DNA from: an uncultured Pirellulales bacterium
GTDB lineage: Bacteria; Planctomycetota; Phycisphaerae; Sedimentisphaerales; Anaerobacaceae
Reading direction: 5' to 3'
DNA length: 56,841 nucleotides
Assembly: GCA_964397675.1 (NCBI GenBank)
Contig: CAYNKI010000001.1
Span: 1-56,841, forward strand
A program made the position numbers and the translations under genes. The notes below the pieces were generated by a model. The model did not search any database, was not told the DNA's origin, and saw only the letters and a program-made list of their open reading frames with translations. Below, piece by piece: positions 34,060 to 42,588 of this stretch. How positions within the stretch are numbered: position 1 is the first letter of the stretch; every line of letters begins with the position of its first letter.

Positions 34060-35172
34060 TTAAAAAATGGGTTCTACGGTTCCATCTTCATTGACCTTGG
34101 TTAAAATTATCCTTTGTGAGTCCAAGTTTCTCACTTTTATATACTCACCAGATCTGCCTTCTTGCATAGCTTTTCCGAGGGCCGTAATTAGAAGCCCTGG
34201 CCTTTTAATTTGAATGACAACTGTTTCATTACGCCCCACAACAATTGCGGGCTCTGCAGGGCCCACCATGTCCGGGCGAATCACGGTTTCTGCAGGTATT
34301 CGACGCCTTGCGATAAGTCCATAAGACGGTCTCCAATTTATAGGCTCAGGATAATTCGACACGGTTTTTTCTATCTTGACGTTCTCGGGGCTTATCACCG
34401 CACCTGCGGGAATTTCAACGAGAGTTACTATAGTACGACAATTGTATTTCAAGCGGAAAGTTACTTCACGCACTCCTATCTCTCCACCCTCGGAAAACAC
34501 GGCAATCTGAACTTTAGCCTCCCGATGTACATCGGGACTCTGGACCAAGCGTGGAGATAGTCTCACATCTTTGCTCAGCCCAGGTAAGATCAAATCTTTT
34601 GGTATCCATACTGGGCTAAATTGGCAAGCCGAACCGATCCCGAAGGACATCGGGAGGGTTTTTTTCAGAAATGAACTTGCTAACTCAACGAATTCTCTGC
34701 CTTTGATGACTTGATGCTGCTTTTGAACCGTTACTTTTTCTGCGCCGATCAACGTAACTTTCGAGGCAGGGATCCCATTACAAGCTAATCGACTTAAAGC
34801 AGTTGACCTGTCAACGACAATTCTCTGACCTGGTACTGAAATCTGCCCTAACGTAATATTGCTTGCCTTGGCTACAAGTGATTCCTCACCACGGATTATG
34901 CTGATCTGACCCAATTTAAAATGATTGTCTTGGCCTTCGACTTCGCTCAGAGCCCGCCCTGAGCTTGTCGAAGGGGCAGGGATTGTAACCTCTCTCGGTA
35001 GATAAATCTTTAAAAAGGAACCCGACGAAGTCGGGTCTGATCCCGTCCAGGCCTTCGGCCTGGTCTTTGAGTCTTGTACCGACCCCCAAGTAAACTTGGG
35101 GGCTAAACAAAGCAGCGCACAGGTCAATAACCAATAACCAATTTGTGTTGTTGGACTCTTTTCTCTGCTCAT
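34060..35172 (-). CDS. flgA: flagellar P-ring assembly chaperone FlgA (long form)
   Basis: C-terminal SAF/FlgA block (RRRIPAETVIRPDMV...EGRSGEYIKVRNLDSQRIILTKV). Hosts PAL-A (PDVHRE), a degenerate PAL (PMSFGI) and a GC-rich palindrome (SSGRALSEVEG). Confidence 0.75.
   Translation of the reverse strand: MSREKSPTTQIGYWLLTCALLCLAPKFTWGSVQDSKTRPKAWTGSDPTSSGSFLKIYLPREVTIPAPSTSSGRALSEVEGQDNHFKLGQISIIRGEESLVAKASNITLGQISVPGQRIVVDRSTALSRLACNGIPASKVTLIGAEKVTVQKQHQVIKGREFVELASSFLKKTLPMSFGIGSACQFSPVWIPKDLILPGLSKDVRLSPRLVQSPDVHREAKVQIAVFSEGGEIGVREVTFRLKYNCRTIVTLVEIPAGAVISPENVKIEKTVSNYPEPINWRPSYGLIARRRIPAETVIRPDMVGPAEPAIVVGRNETVVIQIKRPGLLITALGKAMQEGRSGEYIKVRNLDSQRIILTKVNEDGTVEPIF
34520..34537. repeat. PAL-A
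   Basis: Perfect, in flgA (PDVHRE). Confidence 0.95.
34638..34655. repeat. PAL hybrid, degenerate
   Basis: TCCCGAAGGACATCGGGA in flgA (PMSFGI). Confidence 0.65.
34934..34974. repeat. GC-rich compound palindrome (family 4)
   Basis: CCTTCGAC-TTC-GCTCAG-AGCCCGCC-CTGAGC-TT-GTCGAAGG in flgA (SSGRALSEVEG; the opposite strand reads PFDKLRAGSE). Confidence 0.75.
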
Positions 35173-35181
35173 AATAATTCC

Positions 35182-35967
35182 TTATCTTACGATACTATTT
35201 GCCGTTCGAAGCATATCGTCCCCCGCCTTTATTGCGCGGGAGTTTATCTCGTATGCTCGTTGGGCGGTTATAAGGTTCACCAGCTCGTTTACCATTTGTA
35301 CATTGGATTTCTCAAGGAAACCCGCCTGGATAGTCCCGAAGCCATTTTCTCCTGCTGTACCGGTCGTAGGCGTACCGCTTGCTTCGGTCTCTGACAGCAG
35401 GTTATCTCCCTCATTTGTTAGACCTGATGAATTGGGAAATCTGACCATCTGAATAGTACCGACAACTGATGACGTTCCCGCAGCGTCGGTGACATTTACA
35501 CCCCCGTCCTTTCCGATATCGATGGAGACGGCATCCGTGGGAACGGTAATGGCCGGCTCTATTGGATATCCTGTGGTAGTAACAATTTGCCCGTTGGCAT
35601 TTGTTTGAAGCGCTCCATCACGGGTATACCTTAGGTCGCCATTGGGCAAAGTTACCTGCAGAAATCCATCACCTCTAATAGCAATATCGAGTTTTCGGCC
35701 GGTGTTTTGGAACTCACCAGCGGTGAAAACTTTTATGGTAGATGCGCTACGAACCCCACTGCCTATTTCCAGGCCGCCAGGAGAATTTATACCAGAAGCC
35801 ACTTCGGTGCCGGATTCTCTCATCTTGACATAAACCAAATCCTGAAAGTCAATTTGGCTGCGTTTGAAACCCGTGGTGTTGATATTGGCCAGGTTGTTAG
35901 CGATCACATCGACCATCATCTGCTGGGCTGTCATCCCAGTTGCTGCGGTGGAAAATGCCCTTAACAT
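35182..35967 (-). CDS. flgG: flagellar distal rod protein FlgG
   Basis: 261 aa. ANNLANINTTGFKR N-terminus and a conserved C-terminus (NVQMVNELVNLITAQRAYE). Confidence 0.9.
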   Translation of the reverse strand: MLRAFSTAATGMTAQQMMVDVIANNLANINTTGFKRSQIDFQDLVYVKMRESGTEVASGINSPGGLEIGSGVRSASTIKVFTAGEFQNTGRKLDIAIRGDGFLQVTLPNGDLRYTRDGALQTNANGQIVTTTGYPIEPAITVPTDAVSIDIGKDGGVNVTDAAGTSSVVGTIQMVRFPNSSGLTNEGDNLLSETEASGTPTTGTAGENGFGTIQAGFLEKSNVQMVNELVNLITAQRAYEINSRAIKAGDDMLRTANSIVR

Positions 35968-35990
35968 AATTTCTTTCTCCTTTTTAGTTA

Positions 35991-36045
35991 ATTGTTCATA
36001 GTTCGTAGTTCATCGATGAACAATGAACCATGAACTACGAACTAC
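35991..36045. repeat. heptad hairpin, same family
   Basis: flgF|flgG junction. ATTGTTCATAGTTCGTAGTTCATCGATGAACAATGAACCATGAACTACGAACTAC. Confidence 0.85.
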
Positions 36046-36051
36046 TTTACT

Positions 36052-36801
36052 TTATCCCATTGCTACACCAATGATACTACTGGAGGTTTCCTGTTGAGAT
36101 GAGAGGAGCTTCATATTGGCCTCATACAGTCTGGATACCATTATCATGTCTACCAGCTCATCGACTATCTTAACGTTGGAGGCTTCCTGGTATCCCTGTT
36201 TTACTACTATATTTTCTGCTACGACCGGCTCCATATTTTCCACCGGCACATCGGAATCTGAGACGGAGTAACAGTTCGCACCGACCGGCACCAGCTTGTC
36301 TTGGTTATCTCCGAAATCGACAACTTTGAATTTACCTATGGCTGTCCCTGCTGCGCTGATGCTTCCATCACTTGAGACGTTTAGTTGTGAAAGTCCCACA
36401 CCGCTCGGTATTGTGATTGGCCCGGCTTGGCCGGCTACAAGCCTCCCATCGGAATTCACAATTTGGCCATTTGGGTTTACGTGGAATATCCCGTTGCGAG
36501 TGTAATATGGCCCATCGGGTGTCTCTAACACAAAGAATCCTTTTCCATAAAGAGCAAAATCCAGTGGCCGATCCGTCTCGACTATATCACCTTGGGAAAA
36601 ATCTAATGCTGAATTTAAATCAATATTCCCAGGACAATAGGTCTCTTCCGTAGCTTCTTGTGCCTCAAGAACTTTTGAAAATGCGTTGCATATGCGCTTG
36701 TATCCGACGGTGCTCACATTAGCCAGATTATGCGTAATGATATGATACTCTTGCATCAATGCATCGATGCTTGAACTAACTTGGTTTGTTGTCTCTGGCA
36801 T
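36052..36801 (-). CDS. flgF: flagellar proximal rod protein FlgF
   Basis: 249-aa rod-family protein (THNLANVSTVGYKR; C-terminus SNVKIVDELVDMIMVSRLYE) upstream of flgG. Confidence 0.8.
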   Translation of the reverse strand: MPETTNQVSSSIDALMQEYHIITHNLANVSTVGYKRICNAFSKVLEAQEATEETYCPGNIDLNSALDFSQGDIVETDRPLDFALYGKGFFVLETPDGPYYTRNGIFHVNPNGQIVNSDGRLVAGQAGPITIPSGVGLSQLNVSSDGSISAAGTAIGKFKVVDFGDNQDKLVPVGANCYSVSDSDVPVENMEPVVAENIVVKQGYQEASNVKIVDELVDMIMVSRLYEANMKLLSSQQETSSSIIGVAMG

Positions 36802-36802
36802 G

Positions 36803-38173
36803 TTAGGCTCCTTTTGTCGCTACGGGCTCTGCAACATCCTCTTCTTGTCCCTGCATGTCAATGACGGGGCTCGAAATATCTTGTCTTTTGGCATCTGCAC
36901 TTTGCGAAGCAACGTTTGTGGCACAGACTAACTCATTCATATCTGATTCACTAAGTCCTATTGATTCAACTGCTATCGAAAAACTATTTTTTATGGCTTT
37001 TATGTGCTTGACCATGCCAATAACTTCTACCATTCTTGATTGTGGTGATATTTTGTCGTCTTGACGAGCTGGGCCTGCCCTGAGCGAAGTCGAAGGGATT
37101 GAATTCCGGTCCTTTTCTTCATCATCCAACTTAAATACAACTAAAACTCTGTCATCTACCTTAACTTTTATCTTAGTTTCTATACGCAAACCGGGACCGG
37201 CCAGCTCTGTAATAGTTGCAGGGACAAATCTCGGCGGCTTCCAAGTGCCAATATAAGTCCTTCGCTTCGTCCCAGTCCCGATGTGCATCGGGATATTGCC
37301 ATTACCGCTTGGCAATGTTCTTAGGAACGGAAAGCACGCGATGAAGGCCGGCTTATTTACCTCAACACGTGGAAAACGCCGACGATTAATAAATCGTATA
37401 TTATTGCTGTGATTCAAAACTAAAATGTTACCACTGCAACTGACTGCTGAAGTGTCGAACTCCCAAACTGAAGACTGGGAATAATAACGCCCACGCCAGA
37501 AGCTGCCAGGCGTACTTTCTACCGGCGTGGCAAGCTGAACGGCTAATTCAGTATCAGTATTTTTTATGATGATAGACTCGATATTGGCTAATCTGCGACT
37601 TTTCCGGCGTGTTAAATACAGTTTTCTGCCTATGAGAAGCTGCTTCGTGCTCAACGTCCTCGTTGATTGAACCGATTGATTTTGAAAACCGAGCTTTTCA
37701 CGCAGAAAAGCTAACTCGTCTCCTAATTGTTCGCTCTCTTCAATAGTTTGTGTGGATAGACTTTCCTTTATTATTTTCGCGGCTCCACTCTGAAAAGCAC
37801 CCTCCATGGTAAAGATAGCGTCTCTTCGCTTAAGCCCACTCTTTTTTACAACCTCTAACAGAATTTGGTGCTCGCGCTCACTTAGCCCGCTTCTTTCGGC
37901 GTGATTAACAAACAACTGCTCGGTAACTTTTCGTTCCTCCATTATCCGACTATAGCTAACCCAGAAAAACAAGGCGATTAATATAATCAAGAAAGCCACC
38001 GCAATTAGAGCAAACCATGTCTCAGTTATAAACTCGGTGTTAAAGTCAAACCGCCTTGCAGCCTGCCACCGCTCTAAGGGTGACAGTGCCAGAAGAATCG
38101 TAGTTAAGCCTTCCGTAAATACTATGCCCGGTGTCATCTTAAGCTTCCCAAATAGGTCCATCCCGATGTACAT
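36803..38173 (-). CDS. membrane protein with C-terminal PilZ-like domain
   Basis: Two N-terminal TM segments. RRRFPRV (RxxxR) followed by ITELAGPGLRIET (degenerate D/NxSxxG) and a beta-rich tail. The annotated ATG lies inside PAL-A 38161-38178, and the alternative ATG 38161 gives MDLFGK. An internal PAL-A variant reads PMHIGT. Confidence 0.5.
   Translation of the reverse strand: MYIGMDLFGKLKMTPGIVFTEGLTTILLALSPLERWQAARRFDFNTEFITETWFALIAVAFLIILIALFFWVSYSRIMEERKVTEQLFVNHAERSGLSEREHQILLEVVKKSGLKRRDAIFTMEGAFQSGAAKIIKESLSTQTIEESEQLGDELAFLREKLGFQNQSVQSTRTLSTKQLLIGRKLYLTRRKSRRLANIESIIIKNTDTELAVQLATPVESTPGSFWRGRYYSQSSVWEFDTSAVSCSGNILVLNHSNNIRFINRRRFPRVEVNKPAFIACFPFLRTLPSGNGNIPMHIGTGTKRRTYIGTWKPPRFVPATITELAGPGLRIETKIKVKVDDRVLVVFKLDDEEKDRNSIPSTSLRAGPARQDDKISPQSRMVEVIGMVKHIKAIKNSFSIAVESIGLSESDMNELVCATNVASQSADAKRQDISSPVIDMQGQEEDVAEPVATKGA
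37058..37098. repeat. family 4 copy, degenerate left arm
   Basis: ...CCCTGAGCGAAGTCGAAGGG in the PilZ-like gene (PSTSLRAGPA). Confidence 0.55.
37276..37293. repeat. PAL-A, centre GTGC
   Basis: In the PilZ-like gene (PMHIGT). Confidence 0.9.
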
Positions 38174-38178
38174 CGGGA
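38161..38178. repeat. PAL-A
   Basis: Perfect, at the flgE / PilZ-gene junction. Contains the annotated ATG of the PilZ gene. Confidence 0.95.
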
Positions 38179-38191
38179 TAAAGTCAGCTAC

Positions 38192-39886
38192 TTATCTAAT
38201 AAGATTGCTCAGTTCTCGTAGGATGTCGTTGGCGACCCTGATGGACCTTGCGTTGGCCTGAAAGCCGTTCTGGGCTTGAATTAAATTAACAAATTCGGTT
38301 GCCACATCGGCGTTGGATTTTTCTAAGGCACCTCCATGAATAACGCCAGCACCACCTGTCCTGGCCTGTGTAGCTACCGCTCCACCTGAGTTGGCCGAAG
38401 GACTGAAGTACCCCCCGCCAGCACTTTCGAGACCTGATGTGTTCTGGAATAATGCTATCTGTAAGGCGGCGATATTTTTCTTGATGCCGTTAGAGAACGC
38501 ACCGATGACTATTCCTTCATTATTGACTGAGACAGTGGAAAGACTACCTGCTTCATAACCGTCCTGCTCTCTCGCAACGGCAGTAGAGCTTCCTTTGAAC
38601 TGGGTCAAGCCATCCATTTTGCCCACGCTGCCCATCCATACATCTACAGTTTGTGGATTGGCAGTATCATGTGCAAACGTTATTAAAAATTGTGATAAAT
38701 CCGAACCGCTTAAGCCGGAATAGGAACCGTCACCCGCACTAAAAGTTATATTTTCGATCCGCCGGTCTTCTGGGGTAATCTCGTGGATATCACCGGTGAC
38801 AGACGACAGTACCGCATCCCATGTATTAGGTGTATCTGTTCGGACAAATACTCCGGTGAGAACATGTCTACCACCCTGAGAGTCAAAAATCGTAATACTA
38901 ACGTTTTTGGCTTCCTCTCCACCAACGGTCAATAGTTCAAAATACCCCGGCGTTGTAAACGAACCATTACCGGAGTAGGATAGAGCCAAGTCAGTCTTGC
39001 TGTAGCCGCTACTATTGTCAGTAATACGGATTTGACCATTGACCAAAGATGCTGTTGCGTCACTAAGAACGTTATTATTCAAATGTGTAACAAAATCTCC
39101 CATTGTAGTGCCTTGATTGACAGTAAATGTCTGACCACTACTAAATGCAGTACCATCTTTATGATATCCAGAGATGGCAATCGTTCCTGACTCACCGGCG
39201 CCCAGTTGTCCGCCTGTGCCACTACCTCCACCGAATTGGTCGAGCTGATCAATCTCTGTGGCTATAGCAGCTACTGTGCCACTATTAGTAGTGTAGGTTA
39301 TACTCGAAGAGAGCAACTGTGTTTGTGGCCCCTTAGTAAAGGTCGCATCAGCACTTAGGTTGCCTGCAACTTTTATTTGTGATGTACTATTGGCTGACAT
39401 TGCGGCATCGTAAGGCACATGCACGATAGTATCACCTGGAGTCTGGAAACCATCTGCTTCCCCAGTTTGACCGATACGTTGAACAAGATAGCCGGTGGCA
39501 GGGTCAATCAAATTTGAGTCCGCATCAACAGCGAACACACCTGCACGAGTGTAGATGCTTTGTTGACCGTCACTTAGTACAAAATAGCCTTCTCCTTCTA
39601 TCGCTAAGTCCAGAGGATTGCCCGTATTAACAATATTGCCCTGTATCATATTAGGAGATATGCCGGCTACTCCAACACCACTACCCATCTGTTGCGGATT
39701 GGTACCACCAAGATTTGCAGTCGGTTGTGACGCCTTTTTCATCGTCTCACTCAATAGCTCTGAAAAGGTTATTCTACTCGCCTTAAAAGCTGTGGAGTTG
39801 ACGTTGGCTAAGTTGTTACCAGAAACGTCAAGCATTTTTTGATGAGCTTGTAGCCCCGTAACTGCAGCGGATAATGCAAAACTCAT
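38192..39886 (-). CDS. flgE: flagellar hook protein FlgE
   Basis: 564 aa. N-terminus SGNNLANVNSTAFKASR and C-terminus SNADVATEFVNLIQAQNGFQANAR. Confidence 0.9.
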   Translation of the reverse strand: MSFALSAAVTGLQAHQKMLDVSGNNLANVNSTAFKASRITFSELLSETMKKASQPTANLGGTNPQQMGSGVGVAGISPNMIQGNIVNTGNPLDLAIEGEGYFVLSDGQQSIYTRAGVFAVDADSNLIDPATGYLVQRIGQTGEADGFQTPGDTIVHVPYDAAMSANSTSQIKVAGNLSADATFTKGPQTQLLSSSITYTTNSGTVAAIATEIDQLDQFGGGSGTGGQLGAGESGTIAISGYHKDGTAFSSGQTFTVNQGTTMGDFVTHLNNNVLSDATASLVNGQIRITDNSSGYSKTDLALSYSGNGSFTTPGYFELLTVGGEEAKNVSITIFDSQGGRHVLTGVFVRTDTPNTWDAVLSSVTGDIHEITPEDRRIENITFSAGDGSYSGLSGSDLSQFLITFAHDTANPQTVDVWMGSVGKMDGLTQFKGSSTAVAREQDGYEAGSLSTVSVNNEGIVIGAFSNGIKKNIAALQIALFQNTSGLESAGGGYFSPSANSGGAVATQARTGGAGVIHGGALEKSNADVATEFVNLIQAQNGFQANARSIRVANDILRELSNLIR

Positions 39887-39929
39887 TTCAAATTCTCCTT
39901 ATATTAAATACATATTTTGATTTTTCTTA

Positions 39930-40310
39930 TTATTTCACCGATATCACATCTTCTAATCTGATGATATGGTCGCCTACAGCCAAAGATATTTCTCCATCAA
40001 CGCTATTATAGATTTGCTCAACTGTACCATTACAAGTATCTAAAGCACCTGTCTCTGTTTCTGCGATGAATGAAGCTTCCTTACCTAACAACGAAGCAGC
40101 ATAAGTCCGCTCGGTAGAGGTAAGGACTCTTGCAAAGCTTTGGTTCATTGTCTCAAGCTGCTGCAATTGCGAGAACTGCGCCAGTTGAGAAGCCATTTCA
40201 TTATTGTCTAACGGTTCCAGCGGATTTTGATTCTGTAGTTGTGTTATCAAGAGTTTCATATAATCCGCTTGGATGTCACTTGCAGCCGTTGTTGCTGATA
40301 ATTGATTCAT
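39930..40310 (-). CDS. flgD: flagellar hook assembly/capping protein FlgD
   Basis: LITQLQNQNPLEPLDNNEMASQLAQFSQLQQLE is the canonical FlgD N-terminal motif. Short form of 126 aa. Confidence 0.85.
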   Translation of the reverse strand: MNQLSATTAASDIQADYMKLLITQLQNQNPLEPLDNNEMASQLAQFSQLQQLETMNQSFARVLTSTERTYAASLLGKEASFIAETETGALDTCNGTVEQIYNSVDGEISLAVGDHIIRLEDVISVK

Positions 40311-40354
40311 ACGTTATTACCTTTTTAAAACAAAAAAGAACTAAAACTTGTTAA

Positions 40355-40372
40355 CCCCGATGTACATCGGGG
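40355..40372. repeat. PAL-A with C..G outer pair
   Basis: In the predicted 5' leader between the sigma54 promoter and the flgD ATG. Confidence 0.95.
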
Positions 40373-40410
40373 CTCAAATTCGTATCAACACGAAAGCCAA
40401 ACTTTAATTA

Positions 40411-40425
40411 GCAATTGTCGTGCCA
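40411..40425 (-). promoter_or_regulatory. sigma54 promoter of the flgD-flgL operon
   Basis: The minus strand reads TGGCACgacaaTTGC, an exact consensus. About 100 nt upstream of the flgD ATG. Confidence 0.8.
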
Positions 40426-40581
40426 TATCCGATATGCCTAATGTTTTTTTAGCTGTAACTTCTTTGGTTGCAAGACGTTAGCAAAACTAAAAAATGGCAA
40501 AATATGAATGGTCAGTTTTTCTAACATTTTTCTCAAAGGATAAATTTTCCTATGCCTAAGAAAATCCTTCCGGCTGTCCTA

Positions 40582-40599
40582 TCCCGATGTACATCGGGA
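40582..40599. repeat. PAL-A (20-bp perfect with flanks)
   Basis: Intergenic, 156 nt upstream of the flgD sigma54 promoter. Confidence 0.95.
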
Positions 40600-40705
40600 T
40601 GATGTGACAATTTTAAAACGTTTAGCTCATAATTAATTAGGTGACACAAGGACGTCCTATAAGAAATCGTTTTGTCTCATTATAAATTGAACTTTTTATT
40701 TTCGT

Positions 40706-40723
40706 TCCCGAAGTACTTCGGGA
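40706..40723. repeat. PAL-B
   Basis: Perfect, intergenic. Abuts composite element 40731-40832. Confidence 0.95.
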
Positions 40724-40730
40724 TGTCCGA

Positions 40731-40832
40731 TAAAGTAAAGTCAAAAAATCAAAGATTAAAAATCAAAATTGTGGAATCGCCGCTTTGCGGCGATGACTTC
40801 CTTAATTTTACATTTTGATATTTGATTTTTGG
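40731..40832. repeat. composite A/T-heptad hairpin element
   Basis: flgD / activator-1 divergent region. Core ATCGCCGCTTTGCGGCGAT (40776-40794). Confidence 0.9.
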
Positions 40833-40900
40833 AAAGATTGGCCCGTCCCATAAAAAATTAAAGTTGATAATGGGTATCTGTCGATTTGTTGGGTATTAAA

Positions 40901-40918
40901 TCCCGATGTACCTCGGGA
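40901..40918. repeat. PAL-A, 1 mismatch
   Basis: TCCCGATGTACCTCGGGA, 40 nt upstream of the activator-1 ATG. Confidence 0.8.
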
Positions 40919-40957
40919 TGCAGTGGGGGATAATGCTTATGCTCTTAGAATAATAAA

Positions 40958-42457
40958 ATGAGTTTACGCAGAATTGTTGTAGCAAGCAACGAAGCTGAAG
41001 TTCAACAATTAGCCCAACAAGTCAGCCGGGAAGTTTTTGTGGCCGATGACCTGGCTGAAGCCTTGGATATCGTCAAAACAGTCAATCCTGATTTAATCCT
41101 TTTCGACCATCGCTTTAATCCAACTCATATCCGCGAATTTCTCCTTGCAGCAGATGAAAGCTCTATAAATGTCCCAACGGCAATAGTCGGCAATAGTGAA
41201 GATGGAACCGGAACATCAATAGAGTTCGTTCAGATGGGGATTCACTATTTGCGTGGGAGCCAAGATTACGAACAGCTAAAACAAATTGTAAGCCAAATAA
41301 AAAATAAATCCAAGGTTGTTAGCTCTGAAAGAAAGACGAGCGACTTTTTTGTTGACGATTTCGCCGCCTCTGTCTCCATGGTGGGTCGAAGTCGAGCATT
41401 TGTCAAAATCCTTGGCATGATTAGACTTGTCGCTGCCAGCCGATGCAATCCGGTCTTAATAATAGGAGAAACAGGTACGGGTAAAGAGCTGGTAGCCAAT
41501 GCAATACACAACTTAAGACACCCAGGCGAGAAGCTCGTGGCAGTAAATTGTGCAGCATTGACGGTAAATCTGCTGGAAAGTGAACTTTTTGGTCATGTCA
41601 AAGGCTCGTTTACTGGGGCTGACCGTGACAAAATAGGTCTTTTGGAACTGGCAGGCTCAGGTACAATTTTCCTTGATGAGATAAGTGAAATGCCATTGGA
41701 CCTACAAGCCAAGTTGCTACGGGTCCTTCAGGAAAAAACATTCCGAAAGGTCGGTGGTGTCAAAAATATCACCTGCAATGCTACGATTACAGCTTCAAGT
41801 AACCGCAATCTATATCAGGAGATGAAAGCTCATCGTTTCCGACGCGACCTTTATTATCGTCTGAGCATTTGTCCTGTTATTATTGCTCCTCTAAAATCAT
41901 CTGATCGAAGAGAAGATGTCCCACTTCTGGCTGAATACTTTCTTAAGACATCGACCATCTGTCCGGAAAAAAGCAACAAGATAACCAGCCTAACTAATTT
42001 AGCTCTTGAAGCCTTACAAAAGCATGATTGGCCGGGCAACGTTCGGGAACTACGTAATGTTATTGATAGGGCAACACTGCTGGAGACAACTGACAAAATT
42101 GGCCTTAGCAGTATTGTAATAGACACAAGCGAATCCCGATCCCTTGACTGCGCTCGGGACCCATCCCGATGTACATCGGGAATCGATTCCCGTATAGTAA
42201 GCTCAGGCTCCCCCGGAGTTGCCGATGTACATCGGGACATCAAGGATTTTTCACTGGCCACGGCTGAACGTGAGCTGATTGCACGGGCTTTAGCCGAAAC
42301 AGGCTGGCAGAAAACCCAAGCTGCTGTACTTCTTGGCATAACCAGAGCAACCCTCTATGCTAAAGTCAAGCAGTACAATATTAAAAAGGATTCGCAGGCC
42401 ATACTGACGAATCATAAGTTTTTGTCAGAAAAACTACCAGCTCGTATAGAATCCTGA
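40958..42457 (+). CDS. sigma54-dependent transcriptional activator with degenerate receiver domain (FleQ/FlrA-like)
   Basis: AAA+ motifs GETGTGKELVA, ESELFGH, GSFTGA and the Walker B-type FLDEI. C-terminal Fis-type HTH (QAAVLLGITRATLYAKVKQY). Two PAL-A copies lie in the linker before the HTH (RCTSG, ADVHRD). Confidence 0.85.
   Translation: MSLRRIVVASNEAEVQQLAQQVSREVFVADDLAEALDIVKTVNPDLILFDHRFNPTHIREFLLAADESSINVPTAIVGNSEDGTGTSIEFVQMGIHYLRGSQDYEQLKQIVSQIKNKSKVVSSERKTSDFFVDDFAASVSMVGRSRAFVKILGMIRLVAASRCNPVLIIGETGTGKELVANAIHNLRHPGEKLVAVNCAALTVNLLESELFGHVKGSFTGADRDKIGLLELAGSGTIFLDEISEMPLDLQAKLLRVLQEKTFRKVGGVKNITCNATITASSNRNLYQEMKAHRFRRDLYYRLSICPVIIAPLKSSDRREDVPLLAEYFLKTSTICPEKSNKITSLTNLALEALQKHDWPGNVRELRNVIDRATLLETTDKIGLSSIVIDTSESRSLDCARDPSRCTSGIDSRIVSSGSPGVADVHRDIKDFSLATAERELIARALAETGWQKTQAAVLLGITRATLYAKVKQYNIKKDSQAILTNHKFLSEKLPARIES
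42164..42181. repeat. PAL-A
   Basis: Perfect, in activator 1 (RCTSG). Confidence 0.95.
42220..42237. repeat. PAL-A, 1 mismatch
   Basis: TGCCGATGTACATCGGGA in activator 1 (ADVHRD). Confidence 0.8.
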
Positions 42458-42459
42458 CA

Positions 42460-42477
42460 TCCCGATGCACATCGGGA
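42460..42477. repeat. PAL-A, centre GCAC
   Basis: Intergenic, 2 nt after the activator-1 stop and 79 nt upstream of the sigma54 promoter at 42557. Confidence 0.9.
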
Positions 42478-42556
42478 CGCCAAACAAAACTGATAAAGCC
42501 AAATTTTCTCCTCAAGAGAGGGTAAATATAACCAAGCTGCCTTTTATGCCCGGCTC

Positions 42557-42571
42557 TGGCACAATTATTGC
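42557..42571 (+). promoter_or_regulatory. sigma54 promoter of the TPR / activator-2 / fliLMN-flhA block
   Basis: TGGCACaattaTTGC, an exact consensus. The core is almost identical to the flgB promoter. Confidence 0.75.
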
Positions 42572-42588
42572 TATTCTTATTAGAAGTC

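Noticed and set aside
40724-40733. TCCGATAAAG might be a sigma28 -10 element upstream of activator 1.
   Set aside because: There is no TAAA-type -35 at the required distance. The upstream sequence is a PAL-B copy.
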